A DNA stretch of 64,000 bases from positions 186,001 through 250,000 of the forward strand of contig CBFFRP010000234.1 of assembly GCA_965644295.1 (NCBI GenBank), written 5' to 3'. Shown here in pieces: positions 1-11,304 of the stretch. Position 1 is the first letter of the stretch. Each line of letters begins with the position of its first letter. Source of the DNA: Paraphysomonas bandaiensis (Eukaryota; Protista; Chrysophyceae). The notes under the pieces were generated by a model. The model was not told where the DNA came from and ran no database searches. It saw only the letters and a list, made by a program, of their open reading frames with translations. The position numbers and the translations under genes were made by a program.

Positions 1-3000
1 AGGACGAAGTCATGGCTATCACTGCTGATCTTCGCAATAAATTTGTTAAGGAGAGACCACACTTGGAGGATAACCAAGATAACCTCAAACAGTTCTTTAT
101 AGATAAAGTGAGAGACAACCTGCATCTAATGATCTGTATGTCTCCAATGAATCCCCGTTTCCCAGTAAGAGCAAGAAAATTTCCTGGCATTATTTCTTGC
201 CCGACTATCGACTGGTTCTTGCCTTGGCCTGCTGATGCCCTCGTTGAGTTGTCACAGGCTTTTATTGCTAACTTCCATGTGGAGTGTACCCCAGAGGTGA
301 AGCAAGGCCTTATGACACACATGGGTATGGTACACAGTATGGTGACAGAAGTCTGTGATGAATATTTCGTGAAGATGCGTCGTCGTGTGTACCAGACACC
401 GAAGTCATACCTCTCTTTCATTCAAAATTTCACACATCAGTATGGCATTAAACTCGCTGAATTGAAAGTAAAAGAGGGTAGAGTTAATTTAGGTTTGCAA
501 AAGCTAATTCAGGGAGCTGAAGATGTCGAGGAAATGAAACTAGTTCTTGCGGAAGAACAGGTGAAGCTTGAAGTGGCTACGAAGGATACGAACAAAATGC
601 TTGAGTCTTTGGAGGTTTCTTCTGCAGAGGCCAAGCGCGAAAGTGATAAGGTAACGACGATTAAAAACAAGTGCTTGGAAGATTCAAATCGTATCGGTGA
701 CGAGAAAGCAGCGTGTATGGCAGACTTGGCCAAAGCACAGCCCTTCGTGGATGAGGCTGAAACTGCTATTCGCTCCATCAAGCCAGCTGATATTCAGGAA
801 GTGAAACGTTTTGCAAATCCTGCCATTATTATTCAACTTGTGTTTGATGGTATTCTCTTGCTATTCAAGCTACCAATGAACCCTCCCAGAGCAGCTAAAC
901 TAAACGTCGCGAAGCAGGATATTAATTTTATCGAACCGTCATTTAGACCTCATGGTGTTGCTGTTATGAATCAAGCCGATTTCTTAAAACAAGTCGTTGA
1001 TTTTGGTGGAACAGGAAAAGATAAGATCAATGAGGAAACGATTGAATTTTTGTCGCCGTATGTGGAGCTGGAAGGATTCACTGCTGCAGTGGCTAAGAAT
1101 GCCTCCAAGGCCGCTGAAGGTCTTTGTGTGTGGGTTCGTGCGATGAAATTTTACCACGAGGCCTCCAAGATTGTGAAACCGAAACTTGAAGCTCTCTCCG
1201 TTGCAGAAGCAAACCTTGAGGCCGCGAACAAGGCTCTCAATGCAGCAGAGATGAGGTTACAGAGTTGTCAGGCACGTCTCGCTGAGCTTCAAGCAATGTT
1301 CGATACTCAAATGGCCGAAAAGAAGCGCATTGAGGACGGCGCTTTAGCTCTTCAACGTAAGATGATGATGGCATCTCAGCTCATTGGTGGTCTTGCGGGA
1401 GAGCGTGTTCGTTGGACAGATGACTCGAATAACTTTTCCGATATGAAGCGCCGTCTAGTAGGTGATTGTGCGGTGAGTTGTGCCTTCACCTGTTACTGTG
1501 GACCGTTCAACCAAGAGTTCAGACGATACCTGGTTGAAGATAAGTTCATCCATGACTGCAATACCCGGGGGGTACCAGTAACAAATGGTTTGGATATCAT
1601 ATCATTTATGGTTGATATTGGCACGATTGGTGACTGGAACATGCAGGGGCTTCCAGCTGATCCTCTGTCTATTCAAAATGGTATCTTGGTGACTCGAAGC
1701 AGTCGCTTTCCTTTGATGATCGATCCTCAAGGCCAAGCTATTAATTGGATTAAAAACAGGGAGGCAAGCAATGTACCAGCTTGGGGGCAAGCTACAATCA
1801 CGGACCCAAAACTGAAGGATAAGTTAGAGTTCTGTATGGGCGATGGCTTGGCGCTAATTGTTATTGGCGTGGAGGAAGAAATCGACCCAATGCTTGACCC
1901 AGTCATGGAACGGCAGATTACTCGTAAGGGTAAAAGAATGTTTATTAATGTATCCGATAAGATGATGGACTTTGATGAAAAGTTTATGATGTATTTTATT
2001 ACCCGTTTACCTAATCCGAATTTTAGTCCTGAGTTGCAAGCGAAAACAACCGTGGTTGATTTTACTGTAACACAGAAGGGGCTCGAGGAACAGCTTCTTG
2101 GTAAGGTGATTGGTAAGGAACAGAAGGCTCTTGAGGATCAGCTGAATGATGTGCTTGAGGAGGTGAACATGAACACAAAGTCTTTAATGGCCCTTGATGC
2201 CTCGTTGTTGGAGAGATTAACATCTAACACTGGGAATTTGTTAGAAGATGAAGAACTGATTGGAGTACTTGCGAATACGAAAGCAAAAGCCGCTGAAGTA
2301 AATAGTAAGCTCACCGCTGCCGCAGACACCAAAGCAAGCATTGCCGAAAAGCGTGAGCAGTTCCGACCAGTTGCTACCCGGGGATCTGTATTGTATTTCG
2401 CAATCGTCGAAATGTCGAATGTGAATTGCATGTATCAGACCTCTCTCGCCCAGTTTTTGGAGCTTTTCATTGACTCTATGGACAAAGCCGAAAAAGCTTC
2501 CCTTGCGTCGAAGAGAGTAGCGAATATCATAGACACAATGACGTACTTGGTATACCGATACGTTAATCGTGGTCTGTACGAAGCGGATAAACTAACTTAT
2601 ATTCTCCTCGTCACTCTCAAGATCATGATTACTGCCGGTAGCTTACGGCATAGCGATATGATATTATTCTTACGAGGAGGAGCTGCGCTCGATATTAATA
2701 GCGTGCGTAGAAAACCGTTCAACTGGATTTCTAATGAAGCCTGGCTGAATGTTGTTGAACTCTCTCAGTCGCTGAAGTTCTTTGCCGATTTACCGAATGA
2801 GATGTCTTCGAATGAGGCCATGTGGAGGCGTTGGTATGAAGACAATGAGCCAGAAGCTATTGGCATTCCTGACTACGAAGCTCGTATATCTGAAGTTAAG
2901 GATATTGGCTCCTTCTACAAATTATTGTTGGTGCGTTCATTACGTGTGGATAGATGTATGCTTATGAGCAAGTGGTTTGTCCGTAACACTGAGGAAATGG

Positions 3001-4922
3001 GACCCAAGTTCGTGGAACCTGTAACCGACACTATCGAGTCTATTTACGACGGTATGGTTGCTCACACTCCTGTTATTTTCTTACTGTCGACTGGCGCTGA
3101 CCCTACTGATGCCATTGAAACATTAGCTAGAAAGCGCAAACTGCCAAGTCCTGCGGTTATATCCATGGGTGAGGGTCAAGAACCTGTGGCCATAAAGGCC
3201 ATGCAAGCTGGGGCTGTGAATGGCACTTGGGTGCTGCTTCAGAACTGTGAGTTGGGACTGGAACTGATGCAAACCATGGAAGAATTTTTGGAGAAACTAT
3301 ACGAAGGGATGGACCCATCTTTCCGTTTGTTTATCACGGCTCTCCCAGATAAGGCCTTCCCTCTGGGTCTTCTACAGATGTCCACTAAAGTCACCAACGA
3401 ACCTCCATCCGGCCTCAAAGCTGGTATTCTGAGATCGTTTACTGTAATTGTGGACCAAGACCGGCTAGAGCGTGTGGACACTGGAGCTGCACAATGGAGA
3501 CAGCTGTTATTCGCGTTGTGCTTCTTGCATTCGATAGTTCAAGAAAGACGGAAATTCGGATCTCTTGGTTGGGGTATTCCGTACGAGTATAACAACGGCG
3601 ATTTAACCGCTTGCATCCTTTTCTTGGAGAAGCATCTATACAATGGATCTATCTCATGGCCGACTTTCCAGTACATGGTGTGTGAAGCGCAGTACGGTGG
3701 AAAGATCACGGACAATCTGGACCGGCGTCTGTTTAAGACATACACACAAGTGTGGCTCAATACATCGACATGCCAGGAAGGCTTTTCCTTTAACCCCAAG
3801 GCGCCTATTTTCAAATTGCCTGATAACTTTGTATATCGTGTGGAGAACTACGAGAATATCGGTCAGTATCACACGTATATCAAATCTTTCCCCGAAATAG
3901 ACTCGCCCGAAATATTTGGACTTCATCCTAACGCTGATCTCACTTTTCGAGTAAAGGAAGTTAATGCTTTGCTCCATACCCTTGGTGAGACCCAGCCCAA
4001 AGGAGGTGGAGGTGGAGGGGACGGTATGTCTAGGGAAGATGTTGTCTTCGAGAAGGCACAGGAGATCGCGGGTAGGATGCCTGCAGAGTACTCAGAAGAT
4101 GATTACAAAGCAAAAATACAGAAGCTTGGTGGTCTGGGAGTCCCCCTTAACATTTTCTTGTTCCAAGAGATTCAAAGGTTACAGAATGTGCTGGCGAAGG
4201 TTGGTGCAATGCTTACCCAGCTGCGACTAGCAATTAATGGCGAAGTGGTGATGACGGAAGAGTTACAGTCATGCCTTGACGCAATATTTGATGCTAAGGT
4301 ACCAACGACTTGGCTCTTCACAGTCGCTGGTGATGAATTCTCATGGATCCTCCCCACCCTTGGACTGTGGTTTTCATCTCTGCTATTGCGCGACGATCAG
4401 GACAGGGAATGGCTCACTCGTGGACGTCCACACACATACTGGCTGACAGGATTCTTTAACCCTCAGGGTATGCTTACAGCAATGAAACAGGAAGTATGTC
4501 GTAAGCATCAGAAGGATGCAGTCAAGTGGGCTCTGGACGATATTGTTTACCATACAGAGGTAACTCAGTACGAGAAGGTAGATCACGTGAAAAGCTCACC
4601 TGCTGAAGGATGTTACATACACGGGCTTTTCTTAGAGGGATGTGCGTGGTCTAAAGACCAACAGCAGCTAGTTGAAAGTGAGCCAAAAACTTTGTTTGTG
4701 GCGTTGCCTGTGCTCCTTGTATCTGCGAATCTGAAACAAGAAGAAGCCAGAATAAAGAAGGACGTGTATGGCTCTCAAGGGCCTTATGAGTGCCCATGTT
4801 ATAAGTACAGAGCGAGGACAGATCGTTACCTCATTTTTATTGTGAATTTAAAGTGTTCAACTGAAAAGAATCCCAATTTCTGGACACTTCGTGGGGTTGG
4901 ACTACTGTGCAATACCGACTAA
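1..4922 (+). CDS. Axonemal dynein heavy chain, outer-arm gamma / DNAH5-8-like; 5'-partial (end of AAA4, stalk/MTBD, AAA5, AAA6, C-terminal domain)
   Basis: Uninterrupted 1636-aa ORF whose frame is open upstream of nt 12. Motifs: RRRVYQTPKSYLSFI, MTBD IKPADIQEVK, FPLMIDPQGQA (AAA5), PVIFLLSTGADPT / ISMGEGQE / WVLLQNCEL (AAA6), C-terminal WTLRGVGLLC. Stop TAA at 4920-4922. Confidence 0.97.
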   Translation, partial: DEVMAITADLRNKFVKERPHLEDNQDNLKQFFIDKVRDNLHLMICMSPMNPRFPVRARKFPGIISCPTIDWFLPWPADALVELSQAFIANFHVECTPEVKQGLMTHMGMVHSMVTEVCDEYFVKMRRRVYQTPKSYLSFIQNFTHQYGIKLAELKVKEGRVNLGLQKLIQGAEDVEEMKLVLAEEQVKLEVATKDTNKMLESLEVSSAEAKRESDKVTTIKNKCLEDSNRIGDEKAACMADLAKAQPFVDEAETAIRSIKPADIQEVKRFANPAIIIQLVFDGILLLFKLPMNPPRAAKLNVAKQDINFIEPSFRPHGVAVMNQADFLKQVVDFGGTGKDKINEETIEFLSPYVELEGFTAAVAKNASKAAEGLCVWVRAMKFYHEASKIVKPKLEALSVAEANLEAANKALNAAEMRLQSCQARLAELQAMFDTQMAEKKRIEDGALALQRKMMMASQLIGGLAGERVRWTDDSNNFSDMKRRLVGDCAVSCAFTCYCGPFNQEFRRYLVEDKFIHDCNTRGVPVTNGLDIISFMVDIGTIGDWNMQGLPADPLSIQNGILVTRSSRFPLMIDPQGQAINWIKNREASNVPAWGQATITDPKLKDKLEFCMGDGLALIVIGVEEEIDPMLDPVMERQITRKGKRMFINVSDKMMDFDEKFMMYFITRLPNPNFSPELQAKTTVVDFTVTQKGLEEQLLGKVIGKEQKALEDQLNDVLEEVNMNTKSLMALDASLLERLTSNTGNLLEDEELIGVLANTKAKAAEVNSKLTAAADTKASIAEKREQFRPVATRGSVLYFAIVEMSNVNCMYQTSLAQFLELFIDSMDKAEKASLASKRVANIIDTMTYLVYRYVNRGLYEADKLTYILLVTLKIMITAGSLRHSDMILFLRGGAALDINSVRRKPFNWISNEAWLNVVELSQSLKFFADLPNEMSSNEAMWRRWYEDNEPEAIGIPDYEARISEVKDIGSFYKLLLVRSLRVDRCMLMSKWFVRNTEEMGPKFVEPVTDTIESIYDGMVAHTPVIFLLSTGADPTDAIETLARKRKLPSPAVISMGEGQEPVAIKAMQAGAVNGTWVLLQNCELGLELMQTMEEFLEKLYEGMDPSFRLFITALPDKAFPLGLLQMSTKVTNEPPSGLKAGILRSFTVIVDQDRLERVDTGAAQWRQLLFALCFLHSIVQERRKFGSLGWGIPYEYNNGDLTACILFLEKHLYNGSISWPTFQYMVCEAQYGGKITDNLDRRLFKTYTQVWLNTSTCQEGFSFNPKAPIFKLPDNFVYRVENYENIGQYHTYIKSFPEIDSPEIFGLHPNADLTFRVKEVNALLHTLGETQPKGGGGGGDGMSREDVVFEKAQEIAGRMPAEYSEDDYKAKIQKLGGLGVPLNIFLFQEIQRLQNVLAKVGAMLTQLRLAINGEVVMTEELQSCLDAIFDAKVPTTWLFTVAGDEFSWILPTLGLWFSSLLLRDDQDREWLTRGRPHTYWLTGFFNPQGMLTAMKQEVCRKHQKDAVKWALDDIVYHTEVTQYEKVDHVKSSPAEGCYIHGLFLEGCAWSKDQQQLVESEPKTLFVALPVLLVSANLKQEEARIKKDVYGSQGPYECPCYKYRARTDRYLIFIVNLKCSTEKNPNFWTLRGVGLLCNTD

Positions 4923-5119
4923 GTTGCAAATGTTTTTAGTGCGTAGTGGAATAGTAGAAATGCTGTCGATTGAGGATATATCATGATGAGGTTCGAATTA
5001 AAGAACATTGAACAGTATGATATGTAGTAATAACTAATAATAGTATCTTAAATACGATACTGAAATACTCCTTCCATATTCTGCCCGTACCACTGTTTTT
5101 TAGAGTGCTTGCGCTGTTT

Positions 5120-8100
5120 ATGTTAAGTTTTGCTTATTCGTAAGCGATTAGAAGCTGTATATTGAAGATTTTGAATTGTTCATTGGTTGCTGGAATAAGT
5201 TTCTCTATGATAGAACTGTAGAATACGTTAAATATAATATGGAAAAAACTGCAATACTATGAAGTCAAAAATACTAGCTATAACTGTGAAACTGAAGTTC
5301 CATGACGATACAAGATACGGAAGCTGAACAGATGAAGGTGTAACCACTCTATCACTCAAATCAAGCGCAGTGAGCAAGAAGAATGCTGATATATGACATC
5401 TGCTGACTTAGGATTTTTGAGTCCTTAAGGTGAACAGCTCGGACGCTTGACTTAAGCAGGCAGCCCAAACCCCGGATGCCTGTTTATTCGTTAGGGGCGC
5501 AATGAGTAGGCAGAACAATATCTACTGGCTATATATGCGGCTCACGTTAGTTTCCCGGAGAAATCTCTCCGATATTGTTTATCCCCCAGAACTCCACGAA
5601 AAGTTGCGAGTCCAACTTTGTTGAGGGAGGGGAGAAAGAAGGATAGAGCCGATGTGCCGTGGTTCGACGATAATAACATCGAACAATGAATTGATGACTT
5701 TAAGGCATTCCTTATGGGAAAAGAAACTGAGTGACGTTGTGCTGGACAGACCACCAAAGGAGGAGGACTTCGGAATTCCACAGTTAACAAAAATAAGATC
5801 TAATCGTTCAAGCAAGCTGGAAAGACTACTGGTAGGCAAACCCGATCGCTTATTCATACTGTAGGGAGGCAGTGAAGAGATCTCTGAAGGAGCTTCTGAA
5901 GTTCAATCTGAAACACAAGGAATTCAAATCAGAGGAAGGGACAACAAATTCAGTGCGCAAGAGATGGTTGAAACACTCAGAACTTGATTCCAAGGAAACC
6001 AATAGAACATAATCGGCGACTTGCTCGCTTAATACGGGTCATTCGAGATGAAGCCGGAGGAATCAGTTGAGGAATATGTGTTGCGATTTGAAATGCTACT
6101 CCGAGAACTTCAAGCATTGAATCTAAATGTCACTGACATTTTAAATACCAGTCGTCAAAAAGAAGGACTGGTGAACGAGGAGTATGATGCGTTGAACTGT
6201 ACTTTATTTCTGTTACCTGATGATGTCTCATATGAGGTTTTGTCTAAGAAATTGAGCAATATGATGATACGAAGTCGGAGAGACGCATTCTGGAGAATAA
6301 GCGTAAGCCTACGGAGGAGGTGAATTACACATAGAAACCTCGAAGGAAGGGGTGAGTATCTACTTCGTCGAAGAAGTGAATTCACTCTTCGAAGAAAGGA
6401 ATACGTCATCATCATAATACTGATCAGTGCAGAACAAAGCAGATAGAGGTAAAGGGACAGAGACTAGGAAACAGAGAGTTCACAGGTTGCAGAGTGTGCA
6501 AATGGAAAAACCATCGAGTCCATGAATGCCCCTGAAAATTAAACGAAAAGTCCGAGTATGCATCACTTGTTGACTCATCTGTTGATATTTATGACGAAAG
6601 TGAAATGTGCTGCATGATTGACAATGACCATAACACTTATATTGATACATGCTGTTCATTGTCGATGTTTTTGGTTAATGATCAGAGTATATTTGATGAT
6701 GTGTCACACTCCGACAGAATTATTATACGAGTAACAGTGATAGGAAAACGAAATGAATGGAGCGAGATAGAATTATCTAGAAATAAATCGTTTCTTATGT
6801 TCCGGTAGACGACTCAACGATATGGACTACAAAACGGCATCCGCCTTATCGGTCATAGCAACGGAGAGAGAGTTTTAGAGGGGCAAATGATAGGAAATAG
6901 AATGACTGTGGTGCCACTCAACGTCTACTTGAATTTAAAAACACATCGTACAGAGGTAACAGAGTATTCAACCTTACAGATCAGTATCGAGAGGACGAAT
7001 TGGAGTAACTGCATCATATAAGACTCGGCCTTTTCAATATGGGGGCCTTAACGGAAGCTCAAAACAAATCAGGCCTTTCCAAAACACCTTCCATTTCTTG
7101 CTTTAAAAATAAGGAGCTTAGCAATAAATACTATAGTCTAAAATTCAACGGAATAAGCCATTGACAAACTCGCTGATTCCACGGATGTCACAGAGGTTCG
7201 TTGCATTCTGGGGAGTACCTCGTTCTATCGGCAGTACTTACATCAGTAAGCTGATGTTGTGTTACCTCTATACGAACTGACGAAGGAGAACGTTAATGTA
7301 AAGAAGCTATGGCTCCCGGAGGTTTGCGGTTATTGCATGGAAAAACGCAAAGAGCGAAATGCTCCTGTGTACTTCGTTTTATCGATAATTTCAAATCTTT
7401 TGCGATTCATCTGGAGATGCCTCTAAGATGAAGCGGGGAATCGGAGGGGTTCTCACCATGCAACATGATGACGATGGTCAGGTACATCCGGTAGAATATT
7501 TCAGCCGTAGTTAATTCCCGCAGAACGCAATTATTCGGCCACAGATTCAGAATGTAAAGCACTTCGCGATGTCATTCTCTATTGGCATATTTATCCGACC
7601 ATAAATGCCTAAAATATATGGTTCATACCGTGACTGCGACTCTCAATTCACATTTACTGGGCAATCTGATGGATCTTCAATCATATCATTTTTCCTTGCA
7701 TTATAAAAAGGGGGTGGGAAGTGTAGTAGCTGATATGCTAAGCCGGCTTTGGCTAATAGGTGATGTCCTACCTGCTTCACGGGAGAAACTGGCAGATCAT
7801 CTTTCCGCTGTAGTAGCTAATTCGAGCGTATTCGAACATGGGGTGCTGCGAAACGACAATTGACTAAATTAAAACGTAAGACTGTTGTGGAAGCGCAGGC
7901 TATGAAAAAGCTGAAAACTTGTTTTCCTAAAACTGTTGTCCATGACTCTAATTGTCATGCGATTGATTCTAATTTAACAGCTTCCTACTCTGTGAAGAAG
8001 GGGGGAGTAATAGGAGGAAGCTCAGAATTTTGAAATTCAAGGCAGCTTGTTCTATGAAAAGGAGAGCACAGTCGAGTATTGATGTACATCAATGTAGTCA

Positions 8101-8260
8101 ACAGAGGTGGAAAACGTCTTTAAAGAATCGGCTATAGCAGAAGTTAAAGAAACTGGCGATTCAAGTATCTAAACGAACAGCGCAGGATAGCGCATTCGAA
8201 ATACAAGTGAACAATCGGTTTGAAATAGTCTTCATCCGTCTAGAAAAAAGATTACATGGA
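5120..8260 (+). mobile_element. Decayed LTR retrotransposon remnant: copia-type gag/protease/pre-integrase followed by Ty3/gypsy-type RT thumb and RNase H
   Basis: Broken frames encode VPWFDDNNIEQ*IDDFKAFL (~5650), MKPEESVEEYVLRFEMLLREL (6048), zinc knuckle CRVCKWKNHRVHEC (6488-6529), YIDTCCS (~6640), HHIRLG (~7015), TDVTEVRCILGSTSFYRQY (~7180), HPVEYFSRS..AERNYSAT (~7485) and SDHKCL..YKKG..VADMLSRL (7582-7750). Many stops and frameshifts; boundaries approximate. Confidence 0.8.
5270..5498 (+). repeat. Dispersed repeat family, copy A (leader/LTR-like part of the first retroelement)
   Basis: Aligns by eye with the reverse complement of 48608-48870, e.g. gcagtgagcaag.agaatg.tga, ggatttttgagt.cttaaggtg, ggcagcccaa..c.cggatgcc, tgtttattcgt. 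Confidence 0.8.
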
Positions 8261-8304
8261 AGAGACAATTTAAGAGCCTCCCACTGCCCAGTCCAATGGC
8301 AATA

Positions 8305-11300
8305 TATATATATATATTGAGGAGGCTCTTAAATTTCCTTCTAAAATCTTATTTGGAGATAAGAAACCAGGGAAATTGTTCAGGGATTTAAAGAAGAACG
8401 CCAACCTTCCGAATGTGCAGCGAGCTATTGTCATGCGTGAGGAGAGAACGTGCAAAGTTCGTATTCATGAGCTAAAGTTTTCGAAAGTTGCCTGAGCTGT
8501 GAAACGAATTTTAGACTTTCAAGAGGACAAGAGCAGACTATTGTACGCTTGCAGAAAGTTGTTTCTGGTGAATTGAGGGATCATCTCAGAGAGGTTTATC
8601 ATCTTGGTCATGCTGAGATCTCGGAGATGGATTTGTGGACTTACTCCGTATCATTACCACGGAAACACAGTTTAACTGTGTTGGTTTTTATGAGGAGTTG
8701 AAGGATTCTCTCAAACACATACGAATCATGGAATAGAAGAAAGTCACAACTGTCACCTTTGAACAGTTCTACTTTCAGCACTCTATGTTTCGGACCATGC
8801 TATCCATCGTGCTTGAGTGCAATAAAGATTGGACAGAGTGCTCGGAGCTTCCAACTACAGTGTTGTCTCAACGGACGCTACGCACATACTGGAAGAATTA
8901 TTCACCACACGGGTCAATGGCACTGGCGAAGATACGACACACCCCTCCTCACAGATCTCGGTCCCATGTTAGGAGACGTCACAGATCTCCACCACCAGAG
9001 AGACCTCCATCAATACACCCTCCGTAGAGATAGCGCGTATGCTGCACTAACGCAGCGAGACCCGCAGTATTGGACACGCAGCGGAACAAGGCTCCCACAC
9101 AAGCTCCATCCTCTCCGTACCCATAACTCCTCCAAACACTACATCTCCCTCGCATTTGTATCCCTTTATGTGTGAATTGATGAGACATGCTTTTCAACAA
9201 ACATCGTATGAGTTAGAAACTGATACCAAAAAGGTTACAAATCATGAGTTGTCTGGTTTAGAGCACGGTTTAGTACGCAAATTGTACCGGAAGAAGAGGA
9301 TTCTTAATTGCCGGTACAATTCAAAGAAGCTTTGGTTTTCTTAGAAATGACTAGAGCAGAAGCTCTGAAATACTATGAACAGTTTTTGGAAACCCATGTC
9401 AGTCAGGAGATCAAGGAACAGACTGATGTTATGCATAGAAAAGATCTGATTATTACATGAGAGAACTTGTTGCATTTATCTATCTATTACTCTAGACTAG
9501 TGGTAACACAGATTATGCAATGTTCAGTTATCTCGGGACTGCTTATGCATGCTGCAAGCACCTTGGTGCAACCATCCCTTACTGATGTTATGTTATGCAT
9601 CTCTTGAGGAATAAAGCAGTTAAAGTCTTTGTGCCAGATGTGTGGTCTAGTGTCAAAGGTGCTGAACCGTTAAAAATTAAGAGGAAAGATATGATTCCGG
9701 ATAGGATAAAACCCAAAGCGAGGCCTCTATTAACCCAAAGCTATGGAGACTTCAGAAAAAGAATTTCATCGTTTTTGTGTGGGTATTTTTATCGGAAGAG
9801 CAGGTCACCATGGGCTTCTTGTCTAGTAGTATCACCCAAGGCTACACCTCCATATATTCGGTTCTGTGGAGACTATGTTAAAATTAATGATCATGTGCAT
9901 GTGGGAAACTACACCATTCCCAATATTAAGCATGAACTTGATAAGATTATCAACTTTCCGTATTACCTTGACATAGATCTTACGAATGCGTTTCATCAAA
10001 TATTTCTAGATGAATAAACTTCCGCAAAATTATCCATCCAAACGCCATGAAGGCAGTTTGCACTTAATTTCATGCCAGAGGGTATTATATAGTACCTGCT
10101 ACTGGTGTTCTACTAAAGGTTGTTGTTCGTCAACGTTTTGACAATATGCTAATACTCGCCAACGATCCCCAGAATGCTTATTATGAGAAGTTGGAGCGAG
10201 TCATTGATAGATGTCTGGAGAGAAACATCAATTTGAAAATGGCCAAGAGCTGGCTTGGCTTGAAGAAAGTTAATTTCTTCGGATACGTATATGCAAACAC
10301 AAATCTTATGAAGTGTGTCCGGATAAAAGGAAGAAGCGTTGGCAAATATACCCATGCCATCATTGACCAAACAGGCTAGGGCTTTGCTTGGCATGGGAGT
10401 TTTCTTTTCCAGCTTTATACTAAAATATTCTGACTTAGTAGGTCATCTTACGGACCTCACGAAAACGTCTTTCAACTGGAACAAGTCCACGTGGCGGCAT
10501 GACTATGAGGCAGAATATAAACGCTCTTGCAAGACGCGTGTGAGTTTTATTCTATCCAGACTACGAGCTGGAGTGGATCTCTTACGAACATATGCGAGTG
10601 AGCTAGATAGGCTCTGTACTACTTCAACTGAAGATATTACCTCTGGGGAAGCTCAATTGCAACCGATTGCCTTTATCTCTAAAAAGTTCTCAGAGCAAGC
10701 AATGAAATGGGCTACTATAGAGCAGGAGGGCTATGGTATCTACTATTCGGTGAAACAATTGGCGTATTATCTAGTTGGGAGAAACAATTTACTATAGAAA
10801 CGGACCACAACAATTTGGTCTGGATGGAGGTGTCTGAAGTACCTAATATTGGTAGATGGAGAAGATTCCTGCAATCTTTCAATTTTAAAATCCGACATAC
10901 TTTTGGAGCCCAGAGTTGGTTAGCAGACTGGTTTTCCAGAGAACACCAACTAGCCTATCTGTCGGGCATGTTCTTGGACGATTCTATGTGGGAAGATGCA
11001 TATTTTCATGAATATTTCTCGTGAGGAATGCTTGATGCGCGAGAGGTACACAAATCTCGCGTGGATAATCTCGGAGGGAAAGTCACTTGGATTCGTCTCA
11101 ATAAACGTTTTCCAGGGCATGGAATACCTTATCAGGTGGTGGCGGAATATATATCCAACTGTCCAACTTGCGTAAAAACCCGGTTAGCCATGAAGGAAGC
11201 ACTTATTCCCATAATGCGCAACCTAAAACCTCCGGGGGCTCGCAGTGCCAGTGGTATCGATGCGGTGGAGATCACTCCACATGGCAAGGACGGTTACACA
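8305..11300 (+). mobile_element. Decayed Ty3/gypsy retrotransposon internal segment (gag C-part, RT, RNase H, integrase zinc-binding region and start of core)
   Basis: RT motifs SRSPWASCLVVSPKATPPYIRFCGDY, IDLTNAFHQI and FDNMLI; RNase H QPIAFISKKFS..WATIEQEGY and TDHNNL..IGRW; integrase H..(H)..CPTC and GIDAVEITP. Frameshifted throughout. Confidence 0.9.
9437..9580 (+). mobile_element. Short insertion (repeat family copy B) interrupting gypsy pol, flanked by a ~15-bp target-site duplication
   Basis: Flanks are actgatgttatgcat (9422-9436) and actgatgtta-tgtta-tgcat (9581-9600). Removing the insert rejoins ..EQTDVMH|LLRNKAVKVFVP. Shares atctgattatta, actagtg.taac and ctgctt.tgc..gcaagcacc..ggtgcaacca with the other copies. 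Confidence 0.75.
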
Positions 11301-11304
11301 TGGC

